From positions 1 to 16,359 of the forward strand of contig JBFMCE010000088.1 of NCBI GenBank assembly GCA_040754655.1: a stretch of DNA of 16,359 bases, written 5' to 3'. Under the pieces are notes generated by a model. It was not told the DNA's origin. It was given only the letters and a program-made list of their open reading frames with translations, and searched no databases. Source of the stretch: Bdellovibrionota bacterium (lineage in GTDB: Bacteria > Bdellovibrionota > UBA1018 > UBA923). Made by a program: the position numbers and the translations under genes. Positions 15,248 through 16,359 of this stretch are shown here, in pieces (positions within the stretch are counted from its first letter, which is position 1; each line of letters opens with the position of its first letter).

Positions 15248-15502
15248 ATGAAACAGGTTCTATTTGTACTTGCACTGCTTTCCATTCAACCCACGTTCGC
15301 TAAAGAAACGAAAACTGCCGAAGAAAGAAAACCCGCGGAATCCAAACTTGCCACCCACGATGTTTTTGTTCAAGATGTTTACCGGAGTGACTTCGAAATT
15401 TCAGAAAAGTGGATCGACAAAGAAGCCAAGGTCATTTGTTATGCGGTCGGAAACAGTGCCAATAACGCTCGGGCAGTATCGATTTCTTGCGTGAAACAGT
15501 AG
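15248..15502 (+). CDS. Small secreted protein with a probable disulfide
   Basis: SD AGGAG upstream. Sec signal MKQVLFVLALLSIQPTFA. C-terminal D.EAKVICY...ISCVK Cys pair. Confidence 0.8.
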   Translation: MKQVLFVLALLSIQPTFAKETKTAEERKPAESKLATHDVFVQDVYRSDFEISEKWIDKEAKVICYAVGNSANNARAVSISCVKQ

Positions 15503-15538
15503 CGAGCCCTGAGACGACGTCAGGAGGACTGAAGAACT

Positions 15539-16357
15539 TTACTTGAGAACTCCCGTCGCTGCCTCATTGAGACCAGAGTCGAAATACGTCCACTCAACGC
15601 TAACGGGTTCGAATGCGCGCACGAGCCATGTACCGAGCCCGCCACCCCCGCGCACTTCGTCATCTTCAGACGTTCCATGCTTTAAGATTTCTGAAGCTTG
15701 CGCTTCACACTCTTCTTTGGAGTGCACGATCGAGGGAACAAGCCCATCAACTTCGGAGATATCACCAACCTCACGCTCCTCCTCATCCCAACGACTGCCT
15801 TCATCCAAAGCTTTTCTGGAATAAGAAACTTTACAAAGGCCCGTAAGATCTTTTGCGAAAGAAAACCCCAAGATTTTGCATGCCCCCGAGGAATAAACGG
15901 TAGCAATGCGTCCACGATATTCATCGTCCTCAGGAAAATAATATCCACAAACAACAAAAATCCTCGCCGCCATTGAATACTTTTCATCATTAAGGAAATT
16001 GAAGAAAAGCTTTCTGCGAGCTTGGACATCGATGGAATAAGTCTCGACCTTTGCCTCGGGATCGCCCTCACTGATGACCTTCCGCGCCGGCATCAGTTTG
16101 TAATCTAAGTCTTTATAGCGATCGATCAGGTCAAATGCGCTTTTAACCTTTTCTCTATCTCCCTTGTAAAACAGGCCTTCAGCATCATAACGCGCAAAGT
16201 GAATTTCGGAAGTTATCCCACTGACAATGTAGCCATCCCACCAGAAGTCTTCGAAATTCCTTTCGAAGACAGTGTCATATTGCCTATAGAAACTACCCAA
16301 GAATTCAATCGTGTTTTTAGGGGTCGAGTAGTTCGCTGGCTCGCAACCCGAAAAAAC
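15539..16357 (-). CDS. Putative lipoprotein, 5' end outside the window
   Basis: The frame stays open beyond TTG 16300 to the window edge, reading VFSG-C-EPANYSTPKNTIEFLGSFY. Lipobox-like Cys codon at 16343-16345. Confidence 0.7.
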   Translation of the reverse strand, partial: VFSGCEPANYSTPKNTIEFLGSFYRQYDTVFERNFEDFWWDGYIVSGITSEIHFARYDAEGLFYKGDREKVKSAFDLIDRYKDLDYKLMPARKVISEGDPEAKVETYSIDVQARRKLFFNFLNDEKYSMAARIFVVCGYYFPEDDEYRGRIATVYSSGACKILGFSFAKDLTGLCKVSYSRKALDEGSRWDEEEREVGDISEVDGLVPSIVHSKEECEAQASEILKHGTSEDDEVRGGGGLGTWLVRAFEPVSVEWTYFDSGLNEAATGVLK

Positions 16358-16359
16358 GA

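Noticed and set aside
14998..15303. Alternative 101-aa ORF overlapping 14954..15244
   Set aside because: It overlaps the well-supported 15248 gene and has an Arg/His-rich off-frame composition.
15508..15524. CCTGA-N7-TCAGG hairpin between convergent genes as a terminator
   Set aside because: The stem is only 5 bp and there is no adjacent U-tract on either strand.
1..16359. CRISPR arrays, tRNA/rRNA genes, IS elements, integrases or defence systems
   Set aside because: No spaced direct repeats, cloverleaf or rRNA signatures, or transposase, recombinase or nuclease motifs were seen by eye. A covariance-model scan was not possible.

Overview
Bacterial chromosomal window. Gene order and protein style suggest a Gram-negative deltaproteobacterium or Bdellovibrionota-like organism (inference only). 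The core is a cell-elongation operon, mreC-mreD-mrdA(PBP2)-rodA, with no mreB. It is divergent across only 40 bp from a shortened PpiD/SurA_N chaperone and is followed by an Lpp-like coiled-coil lipoprotein, an Amidase_3 enzyme and a TIGR01212-type radical SAM gene. The right third is accessory-like: a signal-peptide-bearing class I isoprenoid-synthase-fold protein, a cysteine-rich-repeat protein coupled to a ChrA transporter, a signal-peptide-bearing degenerate FAD oxidoreductase, and small secreted or membrane proteins. Both terminal genes are truncated by the window. No rRNA, tRNA, CRISPR array or mobile element was recognised. The best leads are the Lpp-like lipoprotein at the end of the elongasome operon, and two unrelated cytoplasmic-type enzyme folds sharing an N-terminal signal peptide + CxxL tag.
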